From Antedon mediterranea (lineage: Eukaryota; Animalia; Echinodermata), in the NCBI RefSeq assembly GCF_964355755.1, contig NC_092675.1, positions 14,728,912 to 14,792,911 on the forward strand: 64,000 nt of DNA. The letters run 5' to 3'. Below, in pieces: positions 26,201 through 39,435 of this stretch. Position 1 is the first letter of the stretch, and the number at the start of each line of letters is the position of its first letter. The notes under the pieces are model-generated. The model worked only from the letters and a program-made list of their open reading frames with translations, was not told the DNA's origin and searched no databases. Both the position numbers and the translations under genes were made by a program.

Positions 26201-27691
26201 TATTGTATCCATTGATATTTAATAAGTCAATTGGCGTGTTCTTATTTATCCAGGTTTCCGAGATACCAAGTACATCAAACGCACGACCTATGATATCTAA
26301 CATAATGCTAATTTCGTCAAAGTGTTTTGGAAGACGTGCATTCATGTGTAACGTTGTAAAGATACCATTGTTATCAATTTGCGCCTGTAGCTCATTTAGT
26401 TGTGTTGGAGTGAAATATTTGCATAAACCAGCCTCGTCACTTTCAAAGCAATCTATGGAATGTGTAGGACTCGATTTATTTTCATATTGAGTCGTGCTCA
26501 TAAAGTAGTATTGGAAAAAAGAACAAAATACAATCAATTCACCAAAGCTGTTAAGCAAAATGGCGTTCAACTAAATGACTAAAAACCGGCAGGTTAGCAA
26601 TACAATAATTTAAAAAAAAACACAATTTACAATAAAAAGAATCACAATAAAGCACACACACCAAACAGTTAATGCAGTCTATAATGTATACAATAGTAAA
26701 AATTCTGGTTTCAGGGCAAAAACAAGAAATCTCACAATTTCACATTTAATGTAATACCACACGGTAAATTAGGTGGAATGCAGTTTGTTGAGATCGGAAA
26801 ATTTTGTTACGACAATCTTCTTATTATTCTTAGTTAGTACATGTATGCGTCCATCTTGGGTCCAGACTGCGGTCAAGGCGGAATTATACTGGGTTTTGAT
26901 GGTTCTTAACAATTTCATCTTTTTCATTGTTAGGTTCTCGTGTATAAAGGTATCGGTACCTTTCAGTTTTCTTTTTGCTTTATAAACTTCATTTCTTTTA
27001 TTGTATTGAGCAAACTTCACAATAACTCCCCGGGGCTTGCCGTTACTTGGTTTCTTGGGGCCTAGTCTGTGACTCCTATCAATGTCATTATGATTCACCG
27101 TAAGGTTCTTCTTAGAACTAAATAATTGTGTAACAATATTATCGGTATTCTCACCTACTTTCTCCTCCAGTCCGTGTATCACCAAACAGTTCCTCCTGGA
27201 ATATTGTTCACTTTCATCCAGTGATTTCCTAATGTCCTCGATTTCCTGTTCCATTTTCTTCATGCGATCATTCGACTCGTCAAGTTCAAATCTAAGAGCA
27301 TCCATAGTGGCTTTACTAACAATTTACATAATATGCTCAGCCAGTTGGTCCTTTATCATCGATGTATTTTGTTTCGCATTTCACTACATCTTAAATATCC
27401 CTCCTATATCAAATACATGTTCAGGTCAATACAACCAATCAAATCATCCTGTTTTATCAGCAACCAATTAGCACAAAGCATCATTCATTTATATGCAAGC
27501 ATTTTCTTTACATAGACCAATCAAAGTTAAAGGAAGTGTAGACAAAGAGAGATAAACAATTATCAATACTTATAGTTGTTGTCTAAAGAAACAAATATGC
27601 AAATGAATATGTGAACTGTGTGAAGATGAAATCCATCTTGAACTACAATACAACCATGGAGAAATACAACAAATACAATGACTTCACAACA
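23201..27691 (-). mobile_element. 3' LTR (~465 bp) of the Gmr1-like Gypsy element, split by the Crack LINE
   Basis: On the minus strand the PPT GGGAAAGGGGGA is followed by TGTTGTGA (27691), and the LTR ends TCACAACA (23201). Halves are 27383-27691 and 23201-23360. Confidence 0.75.
23361..27382 (-). mobile_element. Near-complete Crack/L2-group LINE (ORF1 + ORF2, frameshifted)
   Basis: ORF1 26769-27305 (EQYSRRNCLVIHGL, IDRSHRLG, FIHENLT). Endonuclease 25641-26570 (GISETW, GDFN, ITDHLP). RT 24351-25628 (NYRPISILP, GVPQGSILGP) with FADD after a frameshift. AATAAA + (TTTGAA)n tail and a possible ACTA TSD. Confidence 0.92.
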
Positions 27692-27916
27692 TCCCCCTTT
27701 CCCATTTTAGACTACTGTATTAGTCTACATCAGCATAACATAAAACATATGAAACCAAAATAATCATATTAACATACAATAAAAGAAACCAATACTCCTT
27801 ATCTACAAAACACATAATCATAATAATATTGGGTCATGAATATAAAATAGTTCCAGTATTTGATTACAGATGCATAATACCTTTTACGTACCAAACTTGT
27901 GTATCTTAACTAATTT

Positions 27917-28211
27917 ACGCTCTACTTAACCCATCAGCATTAGTGTTTACAATCCCTTTCTTGTATAAATGGTTGAAGTGCCAATGGCCATCTCATAAGT
28001 CTATTTTTGACCTCTTAGTTTTATCTAACCAACTCAAAGATTTATGATCAGTAAATACAACAAATTTTTTACCATATAGATAATATCTTTATTTACCAAT
28101 AGCCCATACAATAGCGAGACACTCTTTTTCTGCTACTGAATACCGTTCTTCTCTTGCCAATAATTTACGGCTTAAACAACCCACTGCATGTTCTTCATCC
28201 ATATCATTTAA
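27917..28211 (-). pseudogene. Gypsy RNase H C-terminal half ending pol (Gmr1-like)
   Basis: LSRKLLAREERYSVAEKECLAIVWAI, FTDHKSLSWL, NADGLSRA*. Followed by the PPT and LTR with no integrase. Confidence 0.85.
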
Positions 28212-30124
28212 AGATGTATTGTCCCCCTGAAAAAGATTTTTTTGAAAAAAAATTATTGAATAGACCATTTTAAATGTCACATGAAAGTTATTCACTTTGA
28301 CCTCAAATTGGATGAAAAAAAATAATTTTTTACCTGAGAAAATCGTAAAAAATTATCAACCGGAAGTCGGTTGGCTGGCAGCCAACTGGCTTCCGGTTTA
28401 ATTTGACCCTTGACCTTAATTAGCTTATGAATTATGCATATTGTATGATTCTGTGCGTGTATGTGACCTCTAGGTCATCATAACAAAAATACGACGTGAT
28501 ATGGCGAGACGACGATGTGAGAAAGTTCTGTAGTTATATACAACAAAAAAGCAACTCCTATCTTGAAGAAAAGACTATGGCTAGGCCCTAGCAGATTGAT
28601 AAGTAAGAACTGTAGTTTCTATGGTGCAGCTTTGTTAGTTTAGTAGGCCTATAGGAAGCCTAGCTAGCCCAGTAAAGCTTTTTTTTTCTCTTTTGTGGCG
28701 CAAACACCACTTTTATTCACATTCATATTATCTCATATTACATAAAATCGTATTATTTAACTTGTAACATTTTTACATATATGAATTCTGTATTACTCCT
28801 TTTTTCATTAATTTTCTTATATTTTGTTATACACTTGACAGGATCATCATTATCATCTATCCCGTTTTAAAATAGTTCACACATTTTCATTTGTTTTCAT
28901 TTTACAACCCAGATTATACAATATATTTATATACATGATAAAAAAAAACAATAATAGCTCAGTACCACCAGTAACCCGTATCACTGTAATTCTTTTCGGT
29001 TAATCGTATCAAATTAGAAATTATATTATCATAATCTTATTTCTTAAAGCTACCCATTTTTCTATACTTGTTTCTTTATTTTTATATGTTTCACATTCAA
29101 TGTTATATAACATATTGCTTTTAAATGAATTCCATAAAGATTTACCCACTGGCTTATTTAGTGCAGATAACATTTTTATTCTATAAATAGTAAATGCTGC
29201 AAAAGTGTAAATATAATCTATTAGCTTATCTCCCGTTCCTAGTTTCAATTGTTTAAATGATATATTATTGTGATTTAAACTTACAAAGATACTAAGCATT
29301 TTCCTCCAATATTTCTGAATAAATCTACAACTAAAAAACAAATGATTTTCATTTTCAATTTCTCCACATTTGTCACACGTTTGTGTTTCCTTAACTTTCC
29401 ACTGATACAGCCGTTTGTTGGTAGGCAGTATTCTATGTAACATCTTATAATTGAATTGTGCTAGTTTCTTATCTTTCATTTTACATACTTTCCGTAACCA
29501 AGAAGTTTTCCAATCAATGTTGTTATCATTGAAGTACTCTTCCCATTTTAGTTGTGACATTGGAATAATGAAATATTCTTTCACAAACCATGAGTATATT
29601 AGTTTGGTAGTATTAATCTCATACTTGGTCCCAACTAATTCATCATTATCATCACAATTGAAAATATCTACCTCCTTAATAATACGTTTCCATTGAATTG
29701 GTATTGCCTTAATAATGCACAAATACTCATTTAACCAGTTTGTTTTACATTGTAGTTTCACCAGTATTTCGTTTGATGTTAAAAAAGTGTTCTTATTAAC
29801 AATGTCTTTATGGAAGTCTGCCGGGTACCCCCTGCTGCGTCTATACCGGGGGACACGAAAGGTGCTAACAAATCGGCACCAATTAGATGAGAGAGATACC
29901 ACCTAATTTCACCACCATGGGATGCCCATTTGCATCCTATATACCAATATCATATCACTAAACATTTTGTCCTCTGCAATAGGCCCACTAGACGACCCCC
30001 CCCCCCCCCCCCCCCACGAGGGAGGGCCTACAAATGGTGATAGCATAGCTGAGTGAGGTACCACTCAAAATTAATGCCAAATGAACAAGTTGTGTTCATA
30101 CAATACTAAATGAGTAACGACAGA

Positions 30125-30500
30125 CTAAAAGTTCGACTAGAGACCCCCCTTCCCACAAATGGCCTAGATTAGATATTGTAGATACCACCAGCAGCCAATG
30201 TTATATGATTTAGCACATTGTAAAAAATACCAAATGACCTATTACAGACTATCTGTACACTGCCTTGGCCCTGGCAGACCCCTCTAAATTTTGACTATAG
30301 ACCCTCTTCCTCCAACTAGTCTAGCTTAGATATTGTAGATACCACCAGCAACCAATGTTATATGATTTAGCACATTGTAAGGAATACCAACCTATTACAA
30401 ACTATCTGTACCCTGCCTTGGCCCTGGCAGACCCTCTAAAGTTTGACCATAAGTATACCGTGCGTAACCTTAGATATTGTAGATACCACCAGCAATCAAT
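30125..30500. repeat. ~170-bp direct repeat (two full copies plus a partial)
   Basis: TTAGATATTGTAGATACCACCAGCA occurs three times. Confidence 0.85.
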
Positions 30501-30509
30501 GCCAACATT

Positions 30510-30890
30510 AAAAGTCTTTCGGAGATTATGGCCTTGTGAGAAACACTCATCCACTAAGTATAAAAATTTGGGTCCGATATTGGTCTTTACGTTCTTGCTG
30601 TACGGAGGATTGAACCAAATGATGTTTCTGTTTCGGGTTTTCTTTTTGGTTGCTTGTTCAGGTGTAGCTCATGTTCATATCCATTATGTGCTTCTTGGTA
30701 CTGAGGTATTGCTGCATTAAACGAATTTTCATCGGATGAGATGTTTGAGAGTCGTTTATTTATTGCTAGTGGTATATTGCGGTGGCCGATGATTACTTTC
30801 ACGATGTACATATAATGGCGTATTGTTTGGTTTGGTGTATATGGGTGGAAGGTACCTGTCCTCAGATCGAGTGTTATGTCAAGAATACCA
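30510..30890 (-). pseudogene. Penelope-like element fragment (RT thumb/linker)
   Basis: LDITLDLRTGTFHPY, NIPLAINKRLSNISS, and in another frame IIWFNPPYSKNVKTNIG. Confidence 0.8.
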
Positions 30891-31133
30891 TCCACGTGTA
30901 AAATACAATTATCCCCTTTTCTTTCCCTAAATTTTCCATTATTTAATGAAGAATAGAATTTGATTAGAATGTATTTTTGTAGCCGTCTATCAGTACTGTT
31001 TCCAAAATAAATTAAGATTATGAAGATGTTGACATTAATTTTGTTATTGTCTCTTCCAATTGGACAATAAACACATTCTATTAGATAAAAGTTGTTTGCA
31101 GACCTAAAAGTAGCCACCTTTAATTATGAATAA

Positions 31134-32476
31134 CTAGATGGTACGCTCGCTTCGCTCGCGTACCATCTAGGTCGTGGCCACAGATGGTTCTCGAATACAC
31201 AGTCATTTCAGCGTAACAAAACTGGCGATTTCAAATGTACAGTACGTACCGCAGGACTATAATACATTGTCTTTTACAGAAACGAATAAACCATCGTGTC
31301 TATTTAATAGACACGATGGTTTATGTAGTCAGCTAAAATTAGCACCCTGGGAATTCAATTACTTCCGAAGGAGTAACTTATCACAAATGAGTCAACAATT
31401 TTGATTTGGACCCAATTTGTGTTTTGTATGTAACATTAGGGTTGAGGGATGGGAAAGCGGATAGGTACAAAGAGGAACAATTTTTAAATATAATCTTTAT
31501 CCACTCTGTAACGAAATATTTTGTTCATGTTTTATAGGCCTATAAATAATATACCTCTAAATATAGTAAAACATTGGCGATTTAATACTTTGTTTAAAAC
31601 TGTCACTGTCATAGTCGATTAAAATATTAAAGTACATGTCACGATACACCACTACGACGTTTATATTATTGGTAATTATTAATTAATACAAACGTTGAGA
31701 AGGAACTGTCAGTATAAAGTTTATTTGTATATAATAATGTGTTTATATATCTAACAGTAGAGCCTATCCACAATCTCAGTAATACAGTTTATTTGTATAT
31801 ATTTTTATATTACATCTAACAGTACGAATATTCACAGTAAGAATTGTTCGATTCAAATGAGGACCGAAAATAGTTAATAGGTATTTACAGTATTGTCAAA
31901 GTATTGCAAGTTTATTCTCAAAGGGCCCATATATTTACCTACCGTATGTGTTAAACCAAGGACTCATAAATTTACCTACTTGTGTTAAACCAAACTTTGG
32001 CAGACTGAGAGATTGGGATGTTCCATTCATCGCAAATCAATACATTTGTATAATCGTATATTAAATCTATCAAAATAGTATTTTTTAAAGAAAATCGGCC
32101 TGTCTTCAACATTATGATGCTGTACTCTAGCTGTTCAACCAGTTTTCAGCTATTAAAAACAATTATCGTAGGAGGAGATAGGAAAATGCGAAGCCTCCTC
32201 GCATTTTTGTGGCGGGTATTTTTCAAGACGGACATCCATTAGACAGTGTATACCACGATCTGAAAACACCCCTATTTGTGGCAAATCCTTGAACCTAAAT
32301 TTACATTAATCGTCAATAACTAATTATCGAACTCAATTTAATTAGTAAACAGGGTTACATCAGGTGGTTAAAATCAGTACCGAAAGTACGAACCGACTTT
32401 ATATACCATCGAGTAAACATTCTAGAAATAACGCGCGATTTACCGAATTTTGCCCTTACGTAAATTTATATATAGA
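31134..32476 (-). mobile_element. Non-autonomous Helitron, copy 3 (1343 bp)
   Basis: Minus strand A|TC...hairpin-CTAG|T. No TSD. Homologous to 11270-12469. Confidence 0.88.
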
Positions 32477-35400
32477 TTATGTAATGAAACGTGTTATCAG
32501 ACACTTTTTTTTATTATTTATCAGATACTTTTTTCTAATTTGAGAATTGTTAAGAATTCTCGCATTATATGTAAACTATATTTAAATAGGGGTCAAAGGT
32601 AAAAAATGACATTTATTGTCAGTTTTTGAGGATAAATCATCATTAGAGTGGATAGCATGTATATTCAAAAGTTTTTTATAAAGTCTGTAATTTTCCCTTT
32701 TTCTCAGCATGTTGTTATTTTATTTACATCTTTTAAATTTATTTTTACTTTAAAACAGAAAAAATTCTTACTGTATGAGAATTCTGTGGAAGGTGTTAAA
32801 TGTGACAATTGATAGTAACATTTATGATCATTGTTTTAAATAAATATTCATTAGAGTGGATAGAAATATGTATGTTTTGAACAATCTTAGACAAAAAAAA
32901 ATTGTTACCGAGATATGGCCCTTAAGTGAAAATAAGGTCAAAAGTTGTATTTCATTAAATGTTATATAAATATGGATATTCCGAACAATTTATGACAAAA
33001 ATAAAGTCTTTATGACCAGGGGTTACCGAGATATGACCCTCGGGTGGAAATAATGTCAAAAGTGATATTTTCCATCAAATTTAAAAAATATGTTTCATTA
33101 AATCTTATATAAATATGGATATTCTGAACAATTTATGACAAAAATAAAGTCTTTATGACCAGGGGTTACCGAGATATGACCCTCGGGTGGAAATAATGTA
33201 AAAGGTCAAAAGTGATATTTTCCATCAAATTTCAAAAATATGTTTCATTAAAGCTAATATAAATATAGATATTCTGAACAATTTAAAACAAAAATAAAAT
33301 CATTATGACCATTGGTTAACGAGATATGACCCTTATGTAAAAACGAGGTCAAAGGTCAAAAGTCGTATTTCCGGTAATTTTGTATGAAAATGTTTTATTA
33401 TAGTACATAGGAAAGTGCATATTCTGAACAATATAAGACCAAAATCAAACCTCTATGATCACTCGTTGTCAAGATATAGGTCGAATACAAAAATAACCTA
33501 AATTATTGCGAAAATCGTTATGCAATAATGTCAAAGGTCAAAAATGATATTTCCCGTCAAATTTCAAAAATATGTTCCATTAAAGCGAATATAAAAATGG
33601 ATATTCTGAACAATTTAAGACAAAAATAAAATCTTTATGACCAGGGGTTACCAAGATATGACCCTTATGTAAAAACAAGGTCAAAGGTCAAAAGTGGCAT
33701 TTACGGCCATTTTGAACAAAAACTTTTCATTATAGTACATAGAAATGTGCATATTCTGAACAATTTAAGACCAAAATCAGACCTCTATGATCAGTCTTTG
33801 TCAAGTACCGTCTATATTTATGATTTTGATAAATCCAAGATGGCCACCAAAATGGCCCCCAAAAAACCCCATGGGACAATATTTCGTCTTGGGAACATCA
33901 AAAAATGTTAATTACATATATTCAGGATTACAAAAATGTACATTAAAAAAATACATCATGGGGGTGCACGGTAACCCCTCCTTCCTACCCTACTATTAAT
34001 ACTGATAATGCCACTGTCAATCCAATGCTTGTAGAAAAGCGATTTTTTTTTTAGTTTAACGTAGTGGTTTCCCCACAGTTGCTCATTCATTATATCGTTA
34101 TAAGTTTCAGGCTTTTTTTTAGAGATTCTGTTATAATTTATGTAGGCTTTTATCATATTTTTGTAAAACAGTGGAATTTTATCAGAATTAACATCAATAA
34201 TGTTATAACATGACATATTAAGTAAAACATTAACATCACATATTTTTTTAATATAATACATTGGAATATTTTTCCATTTAGCACCATCATCATTCATAAT
34301 TCTTTTTAACCAGCCACACATGAGTGCGTTAACATGAAGAGTAAAATCAGGCATTTTAATGCCTCCCATCTCAACATCACCAATTAGAGTTTTTCTTTTT
34401 ATCTTTTCCCTTTTATTGTTCCAAATAAAATTATATATTAGAATTGTAACTTGTGTATATACATATTTTGGAACATCAGTGATATTTGCAGCATATGTTA
34501 ATTTAGATAGTGCAAGACTTTTCAGGATTATTATTCTACCAAAAATTAAGAGATTTCTAGCATTCCATTGTTTTAAAGTCTTTTCTAGCTCTATTAATTT
34601 AACATCCCAGTTTTTTCTGGTACATTCTTCTGTATTATACCCTACATATATGCCTAAAATTTTGATCGGGTGTTTTACCCAATTTAATTCTAAAGGTCTA
34701 TCTATTCTGTTCTTCCATTTACCAATCCAAAAAGCATTGGTTTTTTTTTTTATTTAGTGTCATTCCAGATACTTCACAAAAACGTTCAATTACACTGACT
34801 GCTGACTTAATACTTGTCATTACCAACATACAAAACAGTATCATCGGCTAATTGGCTTATTCTAGCTTCTATGTTATTTTCATTATTTGGAAGTTTAATA
34901 CCCTTATAGTCATCTTTGTTTCTTATTCTAGATGCCATTACTTCAACCACTAAAATGAATAACAGAGCAGATAGAGGACAACCTTGTCTAATACCTCTTT
35001 CCATTTTAAAATTGTTTGAAACCCAACCATTGTTAACTGTGACACATTCAACGTTATTGTATAATACTTTTACCCAGTTACAAAAGAACATTCCAAAGTT
35101 AAACTTTTCTAGAACATTGAACATAAAATCTCTACTAATAGAGTCAAAAGCCTTCTTAAAATCTACGGTAATTATTGCCTCTTCGATATCATTACACTCT
35201 GTAAAATAAAGCAGGTCTTCTATTAACCGAATGTTTTCACCAGCGAAACGGCCTTTTATATAACCTTTTTGGTCTGAACTTACTATTGATTTAATAACCA
35301 TTTTAAGTCTGTTACTTAATACATGTGCAAGAATTTTGTAATCGGTGTTTAAGAGGGTAATGGGACGCCAATTATTCAAATTTTCTCTTTCTCCATCCTT

Positions 35401-36199
35401 GAACAAAAGGGTGATTACACCTCGTTTTTGCGAAAAGGATAATTCTTGAGAATTATAACTTTCATTTAACGCATCGCAAATTAAATGTTTAATATTATTC
35501 CAAAAGAACACATAAAATTCAAGACTTAGACCATCCGATCCAGGTGTTTTATTTTTTTCCATCATTGAAATGGCCTTTTTACATTCATCAATAGTGACGT
35601 AACCTTCACAATTTTCTTTTTCTATTTCTGAAAGCTTGTTTATAATAGAATTACAAAGGTATTTATTAATTTTTCCAGGGTTTATAACATTTTTTGCGTA
35701 TAAACCTTCGAAATGTGGTATTTGTTCCTTTAAAATATCAATTGGGCTCGTTGCTAAGCTCCCATCTTTAGTAATTAAACTTGTTATGTGTTTCTTTTCA
35801 CTTTTGGATCTTTCTAACCCAAGAAAGTATTTTAGCCCAGTAAAGCTGCTGTACTGGCTTGTGTCTATTGGCTTGCCTAGGGCTAGGCCTAGAGTAGGCC
35901 TCCTAGACTAGGACCTAGTAAGTAGTAGCTAGTCTAGTAGTAGTCACTGTCTGAGTGAGTAGTAGTAGGCCTGGCTAATACTTATAGAATACGACTTGTA
36001 AGCCTTATTAATGGTTATTGCCACCTAGCTTTAAATAGGATTAGGCCAGACAACATTACATTCATCTGTGAAGCATGGAGTAAAGAATAACGTTTTAGTA
36101 GAGTGAATTTTAACACCACCACCTCGTCTTATTTTTAGTATAATACTATAATAATAGGTCCTTCATCATTATTCATATCACTTTTCATTCATTTCAGAA

Positions 36200-36800
36200 T
36201 ACTCTAGTAGGTCAGAAATGGCATTTCTGATCATTTTTTACTAAAATGCCCCATTAGACGGAATATAAATGCATGCCTTTTGAACATTTTGAGACCAAAA
36301 TTGACTTGCTGCGACCAGTGGTTGCCGAGATACAAGTACCTTTATTTATTTGTTTATATAACCCTTGACCCTGACCCTTTGACCTTTTGTAACATTTTTC
36401 AAAATGTTTTTCAAATAACAAAATATATATTTCGAACAATTTAAAACCAAATTCAAGTGTCTACGACCAGTAGTTACGGAAATAAATACATGCCCTGGGT
36501 TGTGGGTCAAAGGTCAGATATGGCATTTACGGTCATTTTAAACTAAAATTTCCCATTAGACTGAATATAAATGTATACCTTCTGATCAATTTGAGACCAA
36601 AATTACTTCGCTGTGACCAGTGGTTGTTGAGATTTAAGGACATATTGGTGTTTGGTCTTATGACCTTTCATCCTGACCTTTTGACCTTTCGCCACCTTTT
36701 CAAAATGTGTAACCAAGCCAAAAATGATTGTTTGACCACCCTAAACCAATTTCTGAAGTCAAATTCTCTGGACCTCAAAGTGCATACGAAAGTTGATCTA
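36200..36800. repeat. ~150-bp repeats related to the Academ-like subterminal family
   Basis: GAACAATTT..ACCAAA, GGGTCAAAGGTCA and TGACCTTTTGACCT units spaced about 150 bp apart. Confidence 0.65.
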
Positions 36801-38011
36801 GCTACTAGAGTAGAACATTTAATTCTCTTTTGGCTGCCAAAAATAAAAAGTAAGGTGACCACCAGGGCCAGGAGAGATTACGGTGCTTTGTTTTTCATTC
36901 ATGATTAATTAGATTTTAATGTTAATATAAATTTGTGAAAATCGTAACTGTACTGTACATCCAGTAATGTAATTACTGTATTTTAGTAGTAGAGAAATGA
37001 CCAAATAATCTAAGTTAAATATTTTTTTTTTGGAATGTGTACTTTACAGTATTTAGTACTGATATGTTGAAAATGCTTCCAAAGCAATAACGTTCAAACC
37101 AACATTCACACAATTAAACTTTTTATGTAAATATTGTAATAAAAAAAAATGTCTTTCTTTTAATAGTATTAACACACTAATTGAATGAACTATATGCGCA
37201 AGTAGTGGAAAATGGTGAAGAAATCAACACAAAATGTGGTAGCAACATTCACAATATTTATTTGAACGTTTCTTACTATGACACTTTAAAATGGATGAAC
37301 AATCACAGAAGACAAGCTATTGCTGTAATGCCACAATCAACACATCAATTAATAGTTGAAAATAAATTGTCAACAATAATGCAGAAATTAAATTAAATAT
37401 ACTAGTAATTAACTCATTTTATACTGTATTTTACTGTAAATCTTTACACATTAAAATTATGGAGATTTTATCTCATGTACTGTAGTAGTATTTTTTTTAT
37501 TTATTTAATGCTGTTGCTATGTTTGCAAGATAATTTATACAAATATTATTGCTATTATTATGAAAATTATACAACATTTTAAAAGCTGGAAAACAACCAA
37601 CACATTTGCCAAATGCTTTATGATAATCATCAAATATTTATCTTGTGTTCCACTACCGAGTCTACCACCAGTTGCCTTTATGCAGTATGGGTATAACTTC
37701 TGTTCCAATCTTCATTAGCTTAAGTCTATAAATTGAAAAACAATGATGTATAAATACAAAAGTCAAATAGAAAAGTTGAATATTTGACAATTTATAGCAT
37801 ACTATAATTATTATTTCTGTACATGAGAATCTGAAGTTTTCAATTTTGGGTACTATTACTAATGTACAGTAAGAAATTCCTGAAAAGTGCATCTCCTCCA
37901 TCAAAGGCCTAGTCTAATTACTAGTGTTTTCGTTTTGGTTGATATCAACAACAATCTAGTCTACCGTCAACTTCTTTGGTACTGTATCCTGATCATTTTC
38001 TAAATGTACGG

Positions 38012-38908
38012 TTTTTAGTCGCGTGGAAGCGACTCTATAGTTCACTATGTCGGTCGGTCGGTCTGTCGGTCTGTCGGTCTGTCTGTCGGTCCGGTATCAC
38101 TATGCGTTTTATCGCTTTCTGACCTTATCTTGATATCAGTTTAATCTAGCTAAGTGAATTTTTCACAGTATATTCCTTATGGCCAGGAATCGATGTGGTT
38201 ATGTTTTCACGGTGGCAATAAAAAATTACGCGGTCTACGCACGATTTAACGAAATCACGTTTGTAATCATGTCTTCACAACCATGAATCACAATTAAATA
38301 AAATTTGGTACTCATAAATTTCAGGGCATAAATCATCACATGGCAATACAATTACGTGCGTAGCGCATGTAAGGCATGCGTACGCGCGCTTAAAATTTTC
38401 AAAATTTATTTTCGATGAAATAAGAGTACGTTTCAGGAAATTTTAAGCGTTTACAAAATTGCCATGAGTCACAAAGCCACAAAGTTACGCGCGCACGCGC
38501 ATTTAAAATTTAAAAATGCGCAAAATTCATTTTTAATCAACTTTCTACGCGTTTCTTGTCATTTTGAGCATGTCAAAAATCCCATACGCGCGCAAATTTT
38601 TACGCGCGTGGTGCGCACGTAGCGTTAAATACATACTTTTTTCGCGTGATTTATGTTTTTGCAGCCTTTTCTAATAATTTTACCATCTTTTAAACAATTT
38701 CGACTTAAAATTACGTCATACGAGCACGTCGAATTGGATAATTTGCGCACGTTTTTGATGAAAAAGTTAAAAAATTCGTCAAAATTATGCCTTTTTAGTC
38801 GCATGGACGCGACTATAGTTCACTATGTTGGTCGGTCTGTCGGTCTGTCTGTCGGTCCGGTATCATTATGCATTGTAGCACGCGACTTAATGGCTGTTGA
38901 CCTTGTTT
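38012..38908 (+). mobile_element. HINE/DINE-1-like (Helentron-derived) element with an internal duplicated start near 38793
   Basis: TTTTTAGTCGCGT..GCGACT subterminal inverted repeat, (GTCK)n microsatellite, 3' CGCGACT plus a degenerate stem-loop, ending in TTT. Confidence 0.75.
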
Positions 38909-39435
38909 GTCATCAGTTGGTCTTTTTTTAGACTTTAAAATTAATTCTAGCTCCAAATGTATATCAATGGTACAGCAACATAGTAGGCCTATTTTCTATA
39001 GCAAGTTGTGGAGTGATGGCCTACAGTAGCTAGATGAGTACGATAAATAGGGATAGACCTAGCTAGGCCTCTAAGTGGGTTCCCGTCTACACACAGCTGC
39101 TACACTACACTAGTAAACTACTTACTAACTATAGTAGTAGTACTAACTAGACCTGGCCCTCGCTAGTAGGCTTATATTAATAGCCCTAGCCTAGATAGCT
39201 AATTGCCTATAACTATAAGCCAAAAACGTCTAGTTTGCGATATACTGTATAACTATTATAGGAGGATGTGTCATTCATCTAAAATAAAATTCTACTTACC
39301 GGCAAATTAACGGCAGAGCTTTTTACATCTTAGGATTAGGGAAACCCCAGCACTTTCTTCTGTTCGTCGCACATGCTTGTTTTGTGGTGAAAGATAATTG
39401 GAATCTATGTAGCACGTATACAGTATACTGTGTAT

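Larger units (their letters stand above)
29811..33995. mobile_element. Composite insertion in the Tx1 ORF2 with an Academ-like right end and a ~150-bp tandem array (about 32500-33800)
   Basis: 3-bp TSD TTA at 29808-29810 and 33996-33998. Removal restores GIISIKDIVNK. The right end is ...CCCTACTA; the left end is only weakly similar. Confidence 0.65.
28680..35832 (-). mobile_element. 5'-truncated Tx1/L1-clade LINE, split by the 29811-33995 insertion
   Basis: KTPGSDG, NWRPITLLNTDYKI, GIRQGCPLSA, QLADDT, GGIKMPD, C-terminal CDKCGEIENENHLFFSC. A-rich tail. 15-bp TSD TAGCCCAGTAAAGCT at 28665-28679 and 35833-35847. Confidence 0.92.

Noticed and set aside
25951-26490. 179-aa plus-strand ORF and other antisense ORFs over LINEs
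   Set aside because: These are shadows of the opposite-strand endonuclease/RT frames.
29021-29902. 293-aa ORF as a standalone gene
   Set aside because: It is the Tx1 ORF2 C-terminus fused to about 30 codons from the inserted element.
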